Source: Oikopleura dioica
Taxonomy: Eukaryota; Animalia; Chordata
DNA: 64,000 bases
Direction of reading: 5' to 3'
Assembly: GCA_907165135.1 (NCBI GenBank)
Contig: OU015569.1
Coordinates: 2,108,001-2,172,000 of the forward strand
Shown here piece by piece: positions 62,771 to 64,000 of this stretch. The first letter of the stretch is position 1. Each line of letters begins with the position of its first letter. Below the pieces are notes generated by a model. It was given only the letters and a program-made list of their open reading frames with translations, was not told the DNA's origin and did no database searches. The position numbers and the translations under genes were made by a program.

Positions 62771-64000
62771 CAGAGCCGATACGTTAGTGCCGCAAGAGTA
62801 CTCCAATGTCAGAACTGGGCCTAAACAGCCAAGTAGGCATCGCATTGAATTTTTGTACAATAAGCAAAAACGACAATGAAGATTGTAAAGTTCTTTCAGA
62901 AATGGAGATGAGGAGTCCCTACTACGGCAGAATTCGCAGCCGACAGTCACAGAATCAACTTACTGGACAAAGGACAAGAATATCCCCGATCTGCTGGCGA
63001 ATTTGGATAGCGAGAAAAAGGTAAACATGTCTCAATCTGTCGATGCTGTCTGATCAGCATCTTAAGTTTTTTAATTATTCATTTCAAACTTTTATTTAGC
63101 CCGTTGGAAATCGACTCTCCACGCTAATGGGTGTGTTTTTCCCCACTATGCAGAATATTTTCGGGGTGATACTCTTCATTCGTATGAGTTGGGTGGTTGG
63201 CGTTTGCGGCTATCCTCAGGCTTTTCTTCTTGTCTCCACGTGTTGCCTCACTACCATGCTGACGGCAATCTCGATGTCAGCCGTCGCCACTAATGGCAAA
63301 ATATCGGCCGGTGGAAGTTACTACATGATCAGTCGCAACCTAGGCCCAAGTTTCGGCGGCTCAGGATAGAGTTCAAGTCAACATTCATTTTACGCCCGAG
63401 GAGTCGACTCAGCGACACAGCTACTCGCAATTAGCAGCTAAAGAACTCTATTAAAGTCGGCATACTGTTCTATTTGGGCACAACTTTTGCCTGCGCAATG
63501 TACATTCTCGGAGCAGTCGAGATCATCACCAAATACATCGCTCCAAGTTTATCGCTCGGCTGGGGATCGCCGGGAAGTGACGGCTTCTTCACTATATATT
63601 TTAACGATTGCAGAATATACGGCACAATCATCTTGCTATTAATGGTTACGATTGTTTATGTTGGAGTAAAGGCACGGGCTGAAAAACTCTTTCGAAAGAA
63701 CTTTCCAGAAGACGGATTAATTTTTCTCTTATTTGAGTGCCGTTTATCAATCAGAGCTTACCTCTACTAAATTAAAGTGACACTCGCTCCAGCCTGCGAA
63801 AGTATGTGAATTACTCCGCAAACATCTTCCTCGGAGTGACGCTGATTAGTATTGCCACTATTTTTGCTGGATTTGTTAAAAACGCTGCATTTCCTTCTAC
63901 TGCCCAAGATGATCTTCATGTCTGTCTGCTCGGGCCCAGATTACTCAGACAGCCAGAAGATGAATACTGCTCAGGTAATTATTCGCTCGAATCCTAATTG
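62771..64000 (+). CDS. K-Cl cotransporter (SLC12A4-7/KCC family), 5' part; runs off the window
   Basis: [82 protein letters not shown] and VCLLG. The start exon is uncertain. Confidence 0.93.

Noticed and set aside
1-64000. CRISPR arrays, rRNA, intact tRNA, SL RNA, and autonomous transposase or reverse transcriptase genes
   Set aside because: None were seen. The regular repeats present are MITE subterminal motifs without unique spacers, and the DNA is eukaryotic.

Overview
Gene-dense eukaryotic DNA of roughly 40% GC with many very short introns, several GA-AG, GC-AG and GG-AG introns, and acceptor sites just upstream of start codons. This combination points to an appendicularian tunicate, most likely Oikopleura dioica (inference; no database search was possible). 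Recognisable spliced genes are UBE2O, MSH6, DCAF1/VPRBP, a MORN-repeat RSPH10B-like gene, eIF2-beta, a CUB-kringle-propeller protein, a divergent TRPM channel with a probable NUDT9-homology tail, a PqaA/AprA-family protein with a Thr-rich stalk, acid sphingomyelinase and the start of a K-Cl cotransporter. There are also several hypothetical genes and an AMT/GcvT pseudogene fragment. Five non-autonomous TIR elements (MITE or foldback type) with target-site duplications are present. The most striking signal is transposon-made introns. Two MITEs sit inside coding exons (MSH6 and the CUB-kringle gene), and each can be removed in frame by one non-canonical intron whose splice sites come from the TIR and the TSD. 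Many short non-canonical introns elsewhere in the window also have mutually complementary ends, like decayed versions of the same thing. Transposon-derived introns (introners) are a known concept, but whether these particular families and the hairpin-intron series have been described cannot be judged from sequence alone. Gene coordinates are spans of multi-exon genes reconstructed by eye, and some ends are approximate.
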